The position numbers were made by a program, and so were the translations under genes. Shown in pieces: positions 1 through 9,705 of a stretch of DNA of 64,000 nt. The DNA is taken from the NCBI GenBank assembly GCA_035547155.1, contig DASZVJ010000140.1:209-64208 (forward strand). The letters run 5' to 3'. Below the pieces are notes generated by a model. It made no database searches, was not told where the DNA came from, and saw only the letters and a list, made by a program, of their open reading frames with translations. Each line of letters opens with the position of its first letter. Position 1 is the first letter of the stretch. The DNA comes from Vicinamibacterales bacterium. Its GTDB lineage: Bacteria; Acidobacteriota; Vicinamibacteria; Vicinamibacterales; SCN-69-37.

Positions 1-2
1 GG

Positions 3-197
3 GAAAGGCTCCGCGAAATTCTCGCCGCCGCCGACTTCGATGGCGCGTTTCAAGCCCTAGCGCGGGAGTTGACTGTCGGCAAGAGCCAAGCCAGGCGGCG
101 ACGAATCGTCGGCACCCTATGTTGGCTGACTGGCGTTAAATCCGATGTGATGAAGCGGTATTTGAAGGCTAAAGGCATTCTGAACGCAGGAGACTAG
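3..197 (+). CDS. C-terminal fragment of an unidentified protein (CDS enters from the left edge)
   Basis: Frame +3 is open from the window edge to TAG at 195-197 (...LTVGKSQARRRRIVGTLCWLTGVKSDVMKRYLKAKGILNAGD*). No family recognised. Lies in visibly lower-GC DNA than the rest of the window. Confidence 0.3.
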   Translation, partial: ERLREILAAADFDGAFQALARELTVGKSQARRRRIVGTLCWLTGVKSDVMKRYLKAKGILNAGD

Positions 198-637
198 CGC
201 CCCCTCAGGGCTTCAAGCTCAGCGTTCAATTCTTCGTATCGCTGCTCAATCGTCGGGCGCTTGTTCGGGTCGACGTGAACACCCTCGGCGATCCCATATA
301 GCGCCTCCTGGAGCGCGCGATACACGTTCGTCAGAGGCTGGCAGTCCGATGCATTGTTTGACGCCAACATCTCTGACTCGACGAGGTTTGCGACGATCCT
401 TGTTGATCGTTCGATGGCCGCAAGATCATCGTCTCCGAAATCGACAGGGTCAACTCGCTGCACTAGACTGACGAACTTCTCGCTAGCCCCGAGGAACGCG
501 CGCCTAAACGCGGCGACAACCTCCACAGGCTCAAGGCTATGCGCCTCAGGGAAGCGCGTGGCCACGTCGCGCTGGGCTGCAAGCAGGTGGCCGATATCCA
601 CGAAAGCGATGAGCTGCGAGTCTGATGCCAAGGACAT
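194..637 (-). CDS. hypothetical protein, 147 aa, no recognisable domain
   Basis: ORF track 194..637(-). Convergent with the fragment at 3..197 and overlapping it by 4 nt. Lies in the lower-GC flank next to the IS. Confidence 0.4.
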   Translation of the reverse strand: MSLASDSQLIAFVDIGHLLAAQRDVATRFPEAHSLEPVEVVAAFRRAFLGASEKFVSLVQRVDPVDFGDDDLAAIERSTRIVANLVESEMLASNNASDCQPLTNVYRALQEALYGIAEGVHVDPNKRPTIEQRYEELNAELEALRGR

Positions 638-780
638 GGCTTTTGGTTTCAGGAGTTTACCCGTGACGGCCCGTCAAAGGCAACGAAAGCCCGACACCGA
701 CTTCCTCCTTCTGTGTCAATAGGACGACACCTAAGGCTAGGCGGTTTCACGCCCCCAAAGGATGTACCGTTTAAATATGC

Positions 781-809
781 TTGACGCTAAGCATAAAAGT
801 TCATATCAT
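781..809 (+). promoter_or_regulatory. sigma-70-like promoter of the transposase gene (TTGACG-N17-TATCAT)
   Basis: TTGACG at 781-786, a 17-nt spacer, TATCAT at 804-809. The in-frame ATG at 816 follows 6 nt later, implying a leaderless or near-leaderless mRNA. Confidence 0.35.
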
Positions 810-815
810 CAAGAC

Positions 816-1673
816 ATGAACAGGCTGCCTGCCGCCAAGCGCGCCCAGATGCTCCAGATGCTCTGCGAGGGCAATTCGATGCGCTCGGTCTCCCGCATGA
901 CCGACACGTCGATCAACACCGTCTCGAAGCTCTTGGTGGACGCGGGCAAGCTCTGCGCGGCGTTCCACGATGAAATGGTGCGGAACGTCGGGGCGAAGCG
1001 CGTGCAGTGCGATGAGATTTGGTCCTTCTGCTACGCGAAGAAAAAGACCGTGCAGAAGGATCAGACGATCCTGGATCGGAACGCCGACGCGGGCGATGTC
1101 TGGACGTGGACGGCGATCGACGCCGACAGCAAGCTCGTCATTGCGTATCTCGTGAGCGACCGCACGGCGGAATCGGCCTATGCGGTGCTCTCGGACGTCA
1201 AGGCGCGCGTGACGGAGCGGATTCAGCTGACGACGGACCAGCTCAGCGTCTATCTAAAATCAGCGGATCGCGCGTTCGGCCTGGACGTCGACTACGGGAT
1301 GCTCCACAAGATCTACGCGGGCGGCGGCGACGGCCGCTATTCGCCTGCGGAGTGCATTGGGACGAAGAAAATCGTCGTCACGGGCGAGCCTGACCCGAAG
1401 CACATCAGCACGTCCTACGTCGAACGCTCGAATCTCACGATGCGGATGCACATGCGCCGGTTCACGCGGCTGACGAACGCTTTCAGCAAGAAGTTCGAGA
1501 ACCACGCGCACATGGTGGCGATCTACGCCGTTTGGTACAATTTCGTGCGCCCGCACAAGACGCTGCGCGTGACGCCCGCGATGCAGGCCGGACTGACGGA
1601 TCGCGTGTGGGATTTCGCGGAAATCGTCGCGCTCATGGACGAGGTCGCCAAGCCGGAGCCTCAATCAAACTGA
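816..1673 (+). CDS. IS1-family DDE transposase (single-ORF type)
   Basis: ORF track 762..1673. N-terminal HTH (NSMRSVSRMTDTSINTVSKLL), then blocks typical of IS1 InsB-like transposases: VQCDEIWSF, WTWTAID, QLTTDQLSVY, YVERSNLTMRMHMRRFTRLTNAFSKK, YNFVRPH. Start moved to ATG 816 (MNRLPAAKRAQ), just after the promoter-like site. Confidence 0.8.
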   Translation: MNRLPAAKRAQMLQMLCEGNSMRSVSRMTDTSINTVSKLLVDAGKLCAAFHDEMVRNVGAKRVQCDEIWSFCYAKKKTVQKDQTILDRNADAGDVWTWTAIDADSKLVIAYLVSDRTAESAYAVLSDVKARVTERIQLTTDQLSVYLKSADRAFGLDVDYGMLHKIYAGGGDGRYSPAECIGTKKIVVTGEPDPKHISTSYVERSNLTMRMHMRRFTRLTNAFSKKFENHAHMVAIYAVWYNFVRPHKTLRVTPAMQAGLTDRVWDFAEIVALMDEVAKPEPQSN

Positions 1674-1683
1674 GACACTACCC

Positions 1684-1775
1684 TGAGGTTCCAGGTTCCG
1701 TGGTTCGGGTTCTGAGGTTCTGGCGGTTCTGCAGTTCGAAGTTCGAAGTTCGAAGTTCGAAGTTCGAAGTTCAAT
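1684..1775. repeat. composite short-unit array: GGTTCYG-like units (1684-1733), then 5 perfect plus 1 degenerate GTTCGAA heptamers (1734-1775)
   Basis: Read directly: gaggttccaggttccgtggttcgggttctgaggttctggcggttctgca, then (gttcgaa)x5 gttcaat. Ends 3 nt before the ATG at 1779. Confidence 0.9.
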
Positions 1776-1778
1776 GAG

Positions 1779-2462
1779 ATGAGACCTCCGTCGACGATCA
1801 TCGTGACGTCGCTCCTGGCGCTGGCGGTTGTCGCCGCGCCGCGAGGCGCGCAGACGCCGCTTGGCGGCGGGACGATCCGTGGACGCGTGAGCGTGCCGGA
1901 GCAGACGCTCGTCGCGCCGCGGCCGGCGGTTGCCGGTCTCGCCGGTGCGGCGCGCATGCCCGTCGATCGCCGGCGCGTCGTCGTCTATCTCGATCCCACG
2001 CCCGTCCTGACGGCCTTTCCCAAGACGCCGATGCACGCGCGGATGGATCAACGTGATGAGCAGTTCATGCCGCGCATCCTCGCGATCACCGTGGGATCGG
2101 TCGTCGAGTTCCCGAACAACGACACCACGTTTCACAACGTCTTCTCGCTCTCGCGCGTGCGCACGTTCGATCTCGGCCGCTATCCGCCGGGCAAGAACGG
2201 CGCGATTCGCTTCGATCGTGCGGGCATCGTGCCGGTGTTCTGCGACATCCATTCGCACATGAGCGCGTACATCCTCGTCTTCGATCATCCGTTCTTCGCC
2301 GTCTCCGACACGAGCGGCCGCTACGCGATTCACGACATTCCCGCCGGCACGTACGACTTGAACGTCTGGAGCGAGCTCGGGCACGCCCAGCCGAGGCGCA
2401 TCGCGGTCGGCGCCGACGCCACCGTCGAGGCCGACGTGGACGTGAGCGGCGACGCGCGGTAG
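1779..2462 (+). CDS. exported cupredoxin-like (amicyanin-type blue-copper site) protein
   Basis: N-terminal signal peptide (IIVTSLLALAVVAAPRGAQT). Candidate type-1 Cu ligands: His in FHNVFS plus C-x2-H-x2-M in FCDIHSHM, which is amicyanin spacing. A C-terminal beta-rich segment (GRYAIHDIPAGTYDLNVW) resembles carboxypeptidase-regulatory-like domains. Confidence 0.6.
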   Translation: MRPPSTIIVTSLLALAVVAAPRGAQTPLGGGTIRGRVSVPEQTLVAPRPAVAGLAGAARMPVDRRRVVVYLDPTPVLTAFPKTPMHARMDQRDEQFMPRILAITVGSVVEFPNNDTTFHNVFSLSRVRTFDLGRYPPGKNGAIRFDRAGIVPVFCDIHSHMSAYILVFDHPFFAVSDTSGRYAIHDIPAGTYDLNVWSELGHAQPRRIAVGADATVEADVDVSGDAR

Positions 2463-2464
2463 TC

Positions 2465-4171
2465 GTGCTCTCGTCGCTCACCAACCGCATCTTCGTCGCG
2501 AGCGCGCTGCTCGTCGTGCTGTCGACGGGCGCGGCGATCGTCTTCGTGCAGCGCGCCGTGTCGACGCGCGCGGAGGCGGATCTCACCACGCGGCTCGACG
2601 AAGCGGCCTCGCTCGTCGACGCGGTCAGCCACACCCAGTTCGCGGACTTCATCGTCAAGGCGCAGCTCGTCGGCAATCTGCCCGTCCTGCGCGGCGCCGC
2701 CGCGACCGACGATCCGCCCACCGTGCAGCCGATCGCGCAGGAATACCAGCAGATGCTGCGCGCCGATCTGTTCGCGGTCGTCGGACGCCGCGGCACGCTG
2801 CTGGCGCAGGCTGGACGCGCGCCGATGCCCGCGCCGGCGATTGCCGACATGCTCGCGGCGTGCCGCGCGCGGCCGGATCTCACGGCGTTCTGGCCGATCG
2901 AAGACGGCATCCTCCACGTCGCCGCGATTCCGCTCGAGTCAGGCGTCGACGCGCTCGTCGTGGGCACGCGACTCGATCGCGAGGCGGCCGAGGCCATCAA
3001 GGCCGTGACCGACGTCGAGATCGCATTTCTCCGCGGCACGACGGTCGTCGCCGCCACGCTGCCCATCGGCCGCTCCGTGCAGCTCCGCGCGGTGGACGGC
3101 CGGCCGGGTGTCTTTCTCGTCGAGGCGGGCGGCGAAGAGTACATCGCGCGCCTGCAGCCGCTCGGCGTGGATGCGGGCGCCGACGCGCCGACGGCGCTCG
3201 TCCTGCGCTCGCGCACGGAGCTGACGCGCTTCCTGCGTCAGCTGCGATGGCGGCTGCTCGCCTCCGGCGCCGCGGCCGTGCTCGTCGCCACGCTCGTCGG
3301 CTACGTCGTCGCACGCAGCGTCACGCGGCCGTTGCGCGCGCTCACCGGGACCATGCACGACATGGCCGCCACCGGCGATCTCAGCGGCGCATTGCCCGCG
3401 ATCGGCCGATGGGACGACGAGGACGTCCGCGTCGTCGCAGCGACGTTTGGCCGGCTGACGGGCGCGCTCGATCGCTTTCAGCGCGAAGCCTCGGCGCGCG
3501 AGCGGCTGTCGTCGCTCGGGCGCCTGTCGGCGGTCATCGCGCACGAGATCCGCAATCCGCTGATGATCATCAAGTCGTCGGTGCGCGCGCTCCGGAAATC
3601 GCCGGACGACAGCGTCGCCGGCGCGGCGGCGAGCATCGACGAGGAAGTCGGCCGCGTCAACCGCGTCGTCTCGGGCGTGCTCGACTTCGCCCGGCCGATC
3701 GCGTTCGACATCTCGCGCGCCGACCTCCGCGTCATCGCGCAGGACGCCGTCAACGCCGTGCTCGCGGGCGCCGACGACGTGCCGATCGCGTTGCGCGCGG
3801 AGATGAAGAGCGCGCCGCTCGACACGGACGTGGAGCGGCTGCGCCTCGTGCTCGTCAACGTCCTTACGAACGCGCAGCACGCCGTTCGCGCCGTGCCGGC
3901 GGCACGACGGCCGGCCGCCCCGATCGTCGTGCGGCTCGCGCCTGCGGCGTCCGGCGGCTGGCGCCTCGACGTCCAGGACCGAGGTCAAGGCATCCAGGCC
4001 GAGCACCTGCCGCGCGTGTTCGATCCGTTCTTCACGACGCGCGAAACGGGATCGGGGCTCGGCCTAGCGATTTCCCGCAATATCATCGAAGGGCTCGGCG
4101 GGACGATGACGATCGAGAGCCGGCAGGGCGCCGGGACGACGGTGACGATCGAGCTGGCACGTCGGACGTGA
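2465..4171 (+). CDS. membrane sensor histidine kinase (periplasmic domain, HAMP, HisKA, HATPase_c)
   Basis: GTG start 2 nt after the upstream stop. Two TM segments. H-box AVIAHEIRNPL. G-boxes DRGQGI and TGSGLGLAISRNIIEGLGGTMTIES. Confidence 0.85.
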   Translation: MLSSLTNRIFVASALLVVLSTGAAIVFVQRAVSTRAEADLTTRLDEAASLVDAVSHTQFADFIVKAQLVGNLPVLRGAAATDDPPTVQPIAQEYQQMLRADLFAVVGRRGTLLAQAGRAPMPAPAIADMLAACRARPDLTAFWPIEDGILHVAAIPLESGVDALVVGTRLDREAAEAIKAVTDVEIAFLRGTTVVAATLPIGRSVQLRAVDGRPGVFLVEAGGEEYIARLQPLGVDAGADAPTALVLRSRTELTRFLRQLRWRLLASGAAAVLVATLVGYVVARSVTRPLRALTGTMHDMAATGDLSGALPAIGRWDDEDVRVVAATFGRLTGALDRFQREASARERLSSLGRLSAVIAHEIRNPLMIIKSSVRALRKSPDDSVAGAAASIDEEVGRVNRVVSGVLDFARPIAFDISRADLRVIAQDAVNAVLAGADDVPIALRAEMKSAPLDTDVERLRLVLVNVLTNAQHAVRAVPAARRPAAPIVVRLAPAASGGWRLDVQDRGQGIQAEHLPRVFDPFFTTRETGSGLGLAISRNIIEGLGGTMTIESRQGAGTTVTIELARRT

Positions 4172-4173
4172 AG

Positions 4174-4194
4174 GTCCGAAGTTCAACGTTCGAA
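4174..4194. repeat. three degenerate GTTCGAA-type heptamers between the kinase stop and the regulator start
   Basis: gtccgaa gttcaac gttcgaa, followed by gatgagg (a possible SD) and GTG at 4206. Confidence 0.6.
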
Positions 4195-4205
4195 GATGAG
4201 GTTTT

Positions 4206-5579
<1,374 letters not shown>

Positions 5580-5915
5580 GCGCACGTAAGCCCTTACGCG
5601 CGCGGTAAGCCCTCATCGCGTGGCCCGCAGAAAACGTTCACGAGTGGCCGTTTTCGACGCGGCATCGACCTTGCCATAGTCGGATCGACGCGCGTTTCCA
5701 CGTTGCAGAGATTGCCCGGTGCTGCAGCGCCAGGGGCGCGCGCCCTTCTTCCGCGGATCGGAGGGGGGCGAGATGGCGCGGCGGTCGGAACGATTGGGGG
5801 ACCGACGGTGCTTCGGTATCGGTGCCGTTCCGAGGACGCCGGAACGATTGACCGGCCATTCGCGCGCCTCGCTCCCTTCCGGTCCGCGGAGACGCCCAGT
5901 CATCATCAGATGTAG

Positions 5916-5969
5916 GCTGGGTCTTCAGACCCAGCGGAGTAGCGGGCGGCCACGGGGGGCCGCCCCTAC
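5916..5969 (+). repeat. GC-rich bipartite palindromic (REP-like) element, copy 1
   Basis: Hairpin gctgggtct-tc-agacccagc (5916-5935), then gtagcgggcggcc-acgg-ggggccgcccctac (5939-5969). Lies about 30 nt downstream of the stop of the minus-strand gene ending at 5998. Confidence 0.75.
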
Positions 5970-5997
5970 AAAACGCATCCGGCGGACGAGCCGCCCG

Positions 5998-6702
5998 TCA
6001 CTCCGCCGTCTCCCCCGGCTCCAACGCCAACACTTCGATTTCTGAATCAGCCAGATGCTGCACCAGCGCGGCCGGCGTGCCGGTCAGCAGCGGGAACGTG
6101 CCCCAGTGCATCGGGACGACTTGTCTGACGCCAAGCCAGCGCGCGGCGATCGCGGCCGTGTCCGGTCCCATCGTGTAGCGATCGCCGATCGGCAGGAACG
6201 CGATGTCAGGACGATAGATCTCGCCGATGACCTTCATGTCGCCGAACAGCGCCGTGTCGCCCGCGAAGTAGACCGTCGGCGCTTGCGGCGCGCGCACGAC
6301 GAACCCCGCCGCGCCGCCGAGATAGATGATCCGTCCGTGCTCGACCGTCGAGCCCGTGTGCACGGCGGACGTCATCGTCACGCTGACGCCCGCGATCTCC
6401 TGCGTGCCGCCGATCCCCATGTCGCGCACATCGGCGACGCCGCGCTCGCGCAGATGCAGGCCGAGCTCGAACAGACATGCCACCGGCGCTCCACTCGCGC
6501 GCGCAATCGCCGGCACATCGGACGCGTGATCGTCGTGCCCGTGGGACACGAGGATCAGATCGAGCTTCCCGAGCGCCTCAGGCTTCGCGAATTTCGCCGG
6601 ACATTTCGGATTCCCGATCCACGGATCGAACGCGAGCCGCTGGCCCGTCGGCAGCGTCACGAGGAAGGCGGAATGACCCAGGAAAGAGATGGACAGAGAC
6701 AT
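5998..6702 (-). CDS. MBL-fold metal-dependent hydrolase (UPF0173-like)
   Basis: 234 aa. Starts ISFLGHSAFLV. HxHxDH motif as SHGHDDH. Length and layout match the UPF0173 family. Confidence 0.75.
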   Translation of the reverse strand: MSLSISFLGHSAFLVTLPTGQRLAFDPWIGNPKCPAKFAKPEALGKLDLILVSHGHDDHASDVPAIARASGAPVACLFELGLHLRERGVADVRDMGIGGTQEIAGVSVTMTSAVHTGSTVEHGRIIYLGGAAGFVVRAPQAPTVYFAGDTALFGDMKVIGEIYRPDIAFLPIGDRYTMGPDTAAIAARWLGVRQVVPMHWGTFPLLTGTPAALVQHLADSEIEVLALEPGETAE

Positions 6703-6708
6703 GACAGC

Positions 6709-6858
6709 TCACTATCTCACTATCGCGCTATCGCACTATCTGGGGATCGCGCTATCTCGACATCTGGCTATCTGCTGACGCCGATGAGCAGATAGCGTGA
6801 TAGCGAGATAATCCGATCCAGATAGTGCGATAGAGCGCCAGTGAGATAGCGCGATACA
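6709..6858. repeat. inverted double array of CTATCKCN octamers (about 8 units per arm) in a divergent spacer
   Basis: Left arm: ctcactat ctcactat cgcgctat cgcactat ctggggat cgcgctat ctcgacat ctggctat. Perfect central stem ctatctgc (6768-6775) / gcagatag (6788-6795) with a 12-nt loop. The right arm is the complementary ATAGNGNG units. Confidence 0.9.
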
Positions 6859-6869
6859 CTGGTTTTGAC

Positions 6870-7817
6870 ATGCCGTCGCTCCCCTCCTCCCCCGCCCCCG
6901 TCCAGTTTCTGCGCGGCCGGCGCGTGAAAGATGCGGCGCTCAATCGCGAGCCGAAGCCGGACTGGCTGAAGGTGCGCGCGCCGGGGTCGGACAACTATCT
7001 GCGGATTCGCGGGCTGATGCGGGAGTTGAAGCTGCACACGGTCTGCGAGGAAGCGCACTGTCCGAACATCGGCGAGTGCTGGCACCATGGCACGGCGACG
7101 TTCATGATCATGGGCGACGTCTGCACGCGCGCGTGCGGGTACTGCAACGTCAGGCATGGCGCGCCCGCGGCGCTCGATCCGCACGAAGCCGACAATCTCG
7201 CCAAAGCCGTCGCCACGATGGCGCTCGACTACGTCGTCGTCACGTCGGTCGATCGCGACGATCTGCCTGATTTCGGCGCGGGCGCATTTGCGGACACGGT
7301 TCGCGCGATCAAAACGCGACGGCCCGAGTGCCGCGTCGAAGTCCTGATTCCCGATTTCCAGGGTCGCGAGACGCCGCTGCGCACCGTGCTCGACGCGCGG
7401 CCGGACGTGCTCAATCACAACACGGAGACCGTGCCGCGCCTCTATCGGCAGGCGCGGCCCGGTGGCAAATACGATCGCGCGCTCGAGCTGCTCCAGCGCG
7501 CGCGCACGTGGGCGCCGGACATCCCGACGAAGACTGGACTGATGGTCGGGCTCGGCGAGACGTTCGACGAGATCGTCGACGTGCTTCGCGACCTGCGTCA
7601 GATGGACTGCCAGATCCTGACCGTCGGCCAGTATCTACGTCCGTCGCTCGCGCATCTGCCGATGAGCCGCTACTACACGCCGGACGAGTTCCGCGAGATC
7701 AAGCGCATCGCCCTCGATCTCGGCTTCGGCCATGTCGAGTCCGGCCCGCTCGTGCGCTCGTCCTACCACGCGCACGAACAGGCAGACGCATACGGCGTCA
7801 AGACCCACACAAGTTAA
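6870..7817 (+). CDS. lipA: lipoyl synthase
   Basis: Both Fe-S cluster motifs are present: CEEAHCPNIGECW and CTRACGYCNV. Full-length collinear similarity to LipA. Confidence 0.95.
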   Translation: MPSLPSSPAPVQFLRGRRVKDAALNREPKPDWLKVRAPGSDNYLRIRGLMRELKLHTVCEEAHCPNIGECWHHGTATFMIMGDVCTRACGYCNVRHGAPAALDPHEADNLAKAVATMALDYVVVTSVDRDDLPDFGAGAFADTVRAIKTRRPECRVEVLIPDFQGRETPLRTVLDARPDVLNHNTETVPRLYRQARPGGKYDRALELLQRARTWAPDIPTKTGLMVGLGETFDEIVDVLRDLRQMDCQILTVGQYLRPSLAHLPMSRYYTPDEFREIKRIALDLGFGHVESGPLVRSSYHAHEQADAYGVKTHTS

Positions 7818-7821
7818 CTTC

Positions 7822-9705
7822 TTAACTTTTCTCTCTGTTCCCCGTGCGCCGCCATGTCGTCATCACCGACGGCTCCAGCTCGTTCGCGTCCGAGAGACGC
7901 GTCGCGTGCACGCGCAGGAGATCGCTGCGCGTGATGATGCCGACGACCTTGCGCGGGTCTTCCTGATCGACGACCGGCAGCCGGCCGACGTCGTGACGGA
8001 CCATTTCGTCGGCCGCCTCGCGCAAGGTCCAGCTGCCGAACGCGACGACCGGAGCACGACGCACGAGATCGCGGATCACGGCATCTTCCTTCCCGTGATG
8101 TCCGAAGAGATCACGGAGCGTGACGACGCCGATGAGGGCGCCTGCGGCATCGAGCACCGGGAATCCCTGATGGGTCGTGCTCGAGAGCTCGGCCAGCATC
8201 CGGGCGGACACGTCCCGGTGACGGTCATCGGCTTTGAGCGTCACCACGGGCGTCGAGGCCCAGTCCTTGACGAGCTGCTGTCGCAGGTGATCCACTTCAT
8301 AACCGCGCGCGATCGGCGTGCCGCGCCGCGCAATCTTCTCCGTCATGATCGAGTACCGCATGCGCAGCATCGACACGAGATAGGCGGCCGCGCATCCGCC
8401 GAGGAGCGGCAGAAGGCCGACAGGCTGCCGCGTCGTCTCGAACGCGAACACGACCCAGGTCAGCATGGCGTGCGACGCGCCTGAAAACATTGAGGCCATG
8501 CCCACGAGCGCGGCCATCCGTGGATCGATGCCGGTATGTGGGAAAAGGGCAGCGAGCGCCACGCCCGCCACGGACCCGAACGCACCGCCGACGGTGAAGA
8601 GCGGTGCCAGCGTGCCGCCCGATGTGCCGCTGCCCAGCGCGATCGCCCACGAGATCAGCTTCAACACGCCCAGCACGGCCAGCGCTTTCCACGTCAACAC
8701 GCCGCCGAGAATCTGGTCGATGTTGTCGTAGCCGACGCCCATGGTGGACGGCAGGAACTTGCCGATCACGCCGACGGCGATGCCGCCGATCGCCGGCCAC
8801 CACATCCAATGCACCGGGAGGTGCTCGAAGGCATCTTCGACGTCGTACACCGCGCGCGTGACGGTGACGCTCACGAGGCCCATGACCGCGCCGAGACAGA
8901 CATACAGCGCGACGGCCTCGCCGCCCGGCTGGGCGATGAGCGGCATGTCGAAGACCGGAGCGGCGCCGCGGAACGCAATCCTGATGGCCGTCGCGGCGAC
9001 GCACGCTAGCGCCACGGGAATGATCGATCGCGCGCGGAACTCGAAGAGCAGGAACTCGACCGCGAGCAGAACGGCCGCCACCGGCGTGCCGAACGTCGCC
9101 GCCATGCCGGCCGCCGCGCCGGCGGCCAGCAGGACTTTCCGTTCCATCGCGGTGACGGAAATGATCTGACCGATGAGCGAGCCCAAGGCGCCGCCGGTGG
9201 CGATGATCGGGCCTTCCGCGCCGAACGGACCGCCGGTGCCGATCGCCACCGCCGCCGACAGCGGCTTGAGCAGCGTGACGCGCGCAGGAATCCGGCTGCG
9301 ATTGAACAGCACCTGTTCCATCGCTTCGGGAATGCCGTGTCCCCTGATGGCCGCCGATCCGAAGCGCGCCATCAGGCCGACGACGATGCCGCCGAGGACC
9401 GGCGGGATGACGACGAGCCAGCCGAGGTGATTGCCGACGGGACCTGCGGCGGCGAGCGACCAGCGGCCGTAGAAGGCCAGGTTCGTGATCAGGGTGATCA
9501 GCGCCCTGAGGGCCTCGGCGATCAGTGCGGCCACGCCGCCGAGCGCGAGCGCGATGAGACTCGTGAACACGACGCGCCGCGTCACAGGCCACGCGGGCTC
9601 GCGGATGTGCGCCGCTCGGAGACTCGGTGAGAGCGACGGTGCGACAGGCAGCGGCTCAGGCATGCCGGCCTCCCGTCTCGAAGAACATCGCGGGACGGCG
9701 GGCAA
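7822..9705 (-). CDS. ClC-family chloride channel/transporter with two C-terminal CBS domains
   Basis: ClC signatures GHGIPE, GAEGPI and GSGTSGGTLAP, with 10 or more TM helices. C-terminal tandem CBS (GFPVLDAAGALIGVVTLRDL; RLPVVDQEDPRKVVGIITRSDL). An alternative start is ATG 9663 (MPEPLPV). Confidence 0.85.
   Translation of the reverse strand: MPAVPRCSSRREAGMPEPLPVAPSLSPSLRAAHIREPAWPVTRRVVFTSLIALALGGVAALIAEALRALITLITNLAFYGRWSLAAAGPVGNHLGWLVVIPPVLGGIVVGLMARFGSAAIRGHGIPEAMEQVLFNRSRIPARVTLLKPLSAAVAIGTGGPFGAEGPIIATGGALGSLIGQIISVTAMERKVLLAAGAAAGMAATFGTPVAAVLLAVEFLLFEFRARSIIPVALACVAATAIRIAFRGAAPVFDMPLIAQPGGEAVALYVCLGAVMGLVSVTVTRAVYDVEDAFEHLPVHWMWWPAIGGIAVGVIGKFLPSTMGVGYDNIDQILGGVLTWKALAVLGVLKLISWAIALGSGTSGGTLAPLFTVGGAFGSVAGVALAALFPHTGIDPRMAALVGMASMFSGASHAMLTWVVFAFETTRQPVGLLPLLGGCAAAYLVSMLRMRYSIMTEKIARRGTPIARGYEVDHLRQQLVKDWASTPVVTLKADDRHRDVSARMLAELSSTTHQGFPVLDAAGALIGVVTLRDLFGHHGKEDAVIRDLVRRAPVVAFGSWTLREAADEMVRHDVGRLPVVDQEDPRKVVGIITRSDLLRVHATRLSDANELEPSVMTTWRRTGNREKS

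Larger units (their letters stand above)
740..1690 (+). mobile_element. IS1-family insertion sequence, boundaries not resolved
   Basis: Contains the transposase gene and its promoter. The right end must lie within about 10 nt of the stop codon, because host-type repeat DNA begins at 1684. CACTACC at 1676-1682 resembles an IS1 terminal GGTAGTG on the other strand. I could not find a matching left inverted repeat. Confidence 0.45.

Noticed and set aside
640-780. Left terminal inverted repeat of the IS1 element
   Set aside because: I compared the reverse complement of 1660-1690 (GGGTAGTGTCTCAGTTTGA...) with 640-780 by eye and found no convincing match. The IS boundaries and target duplication therefore remain undefined.
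1684-1778. Sigma-54 (-24/-12) promoter for the cupredoxin-kinase-NtrC operon; also searched for in 5580-5997
   Set aside because: The nearest candidates (TGGCGGTTCTGCA at about 1720; TGGCCGTTTTCGACGC at about 5646) have the wrong GG-to-GC spacing or lack TTGC. No site is claimed.
1661-1957. ORFs translating the repeat arrays (for example FELRTSNFELRTS; also 1532-1777, 13743-14018, 36747-37037, 54250-54501)
   Set aside because: Their 'proteins' are periodic translations of the 7-8 nt units, and they overlap well-supported genes in other frames.
6709-6858. Possible CRISPR array (and likewise the other short-unit arrays)
   Set aside because: The period is only 7-8 nt with no unique spacers, whereas CRISPR repeats are 23-50 nt and separated by spacers of similar size. 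There are no cas genes in the window.
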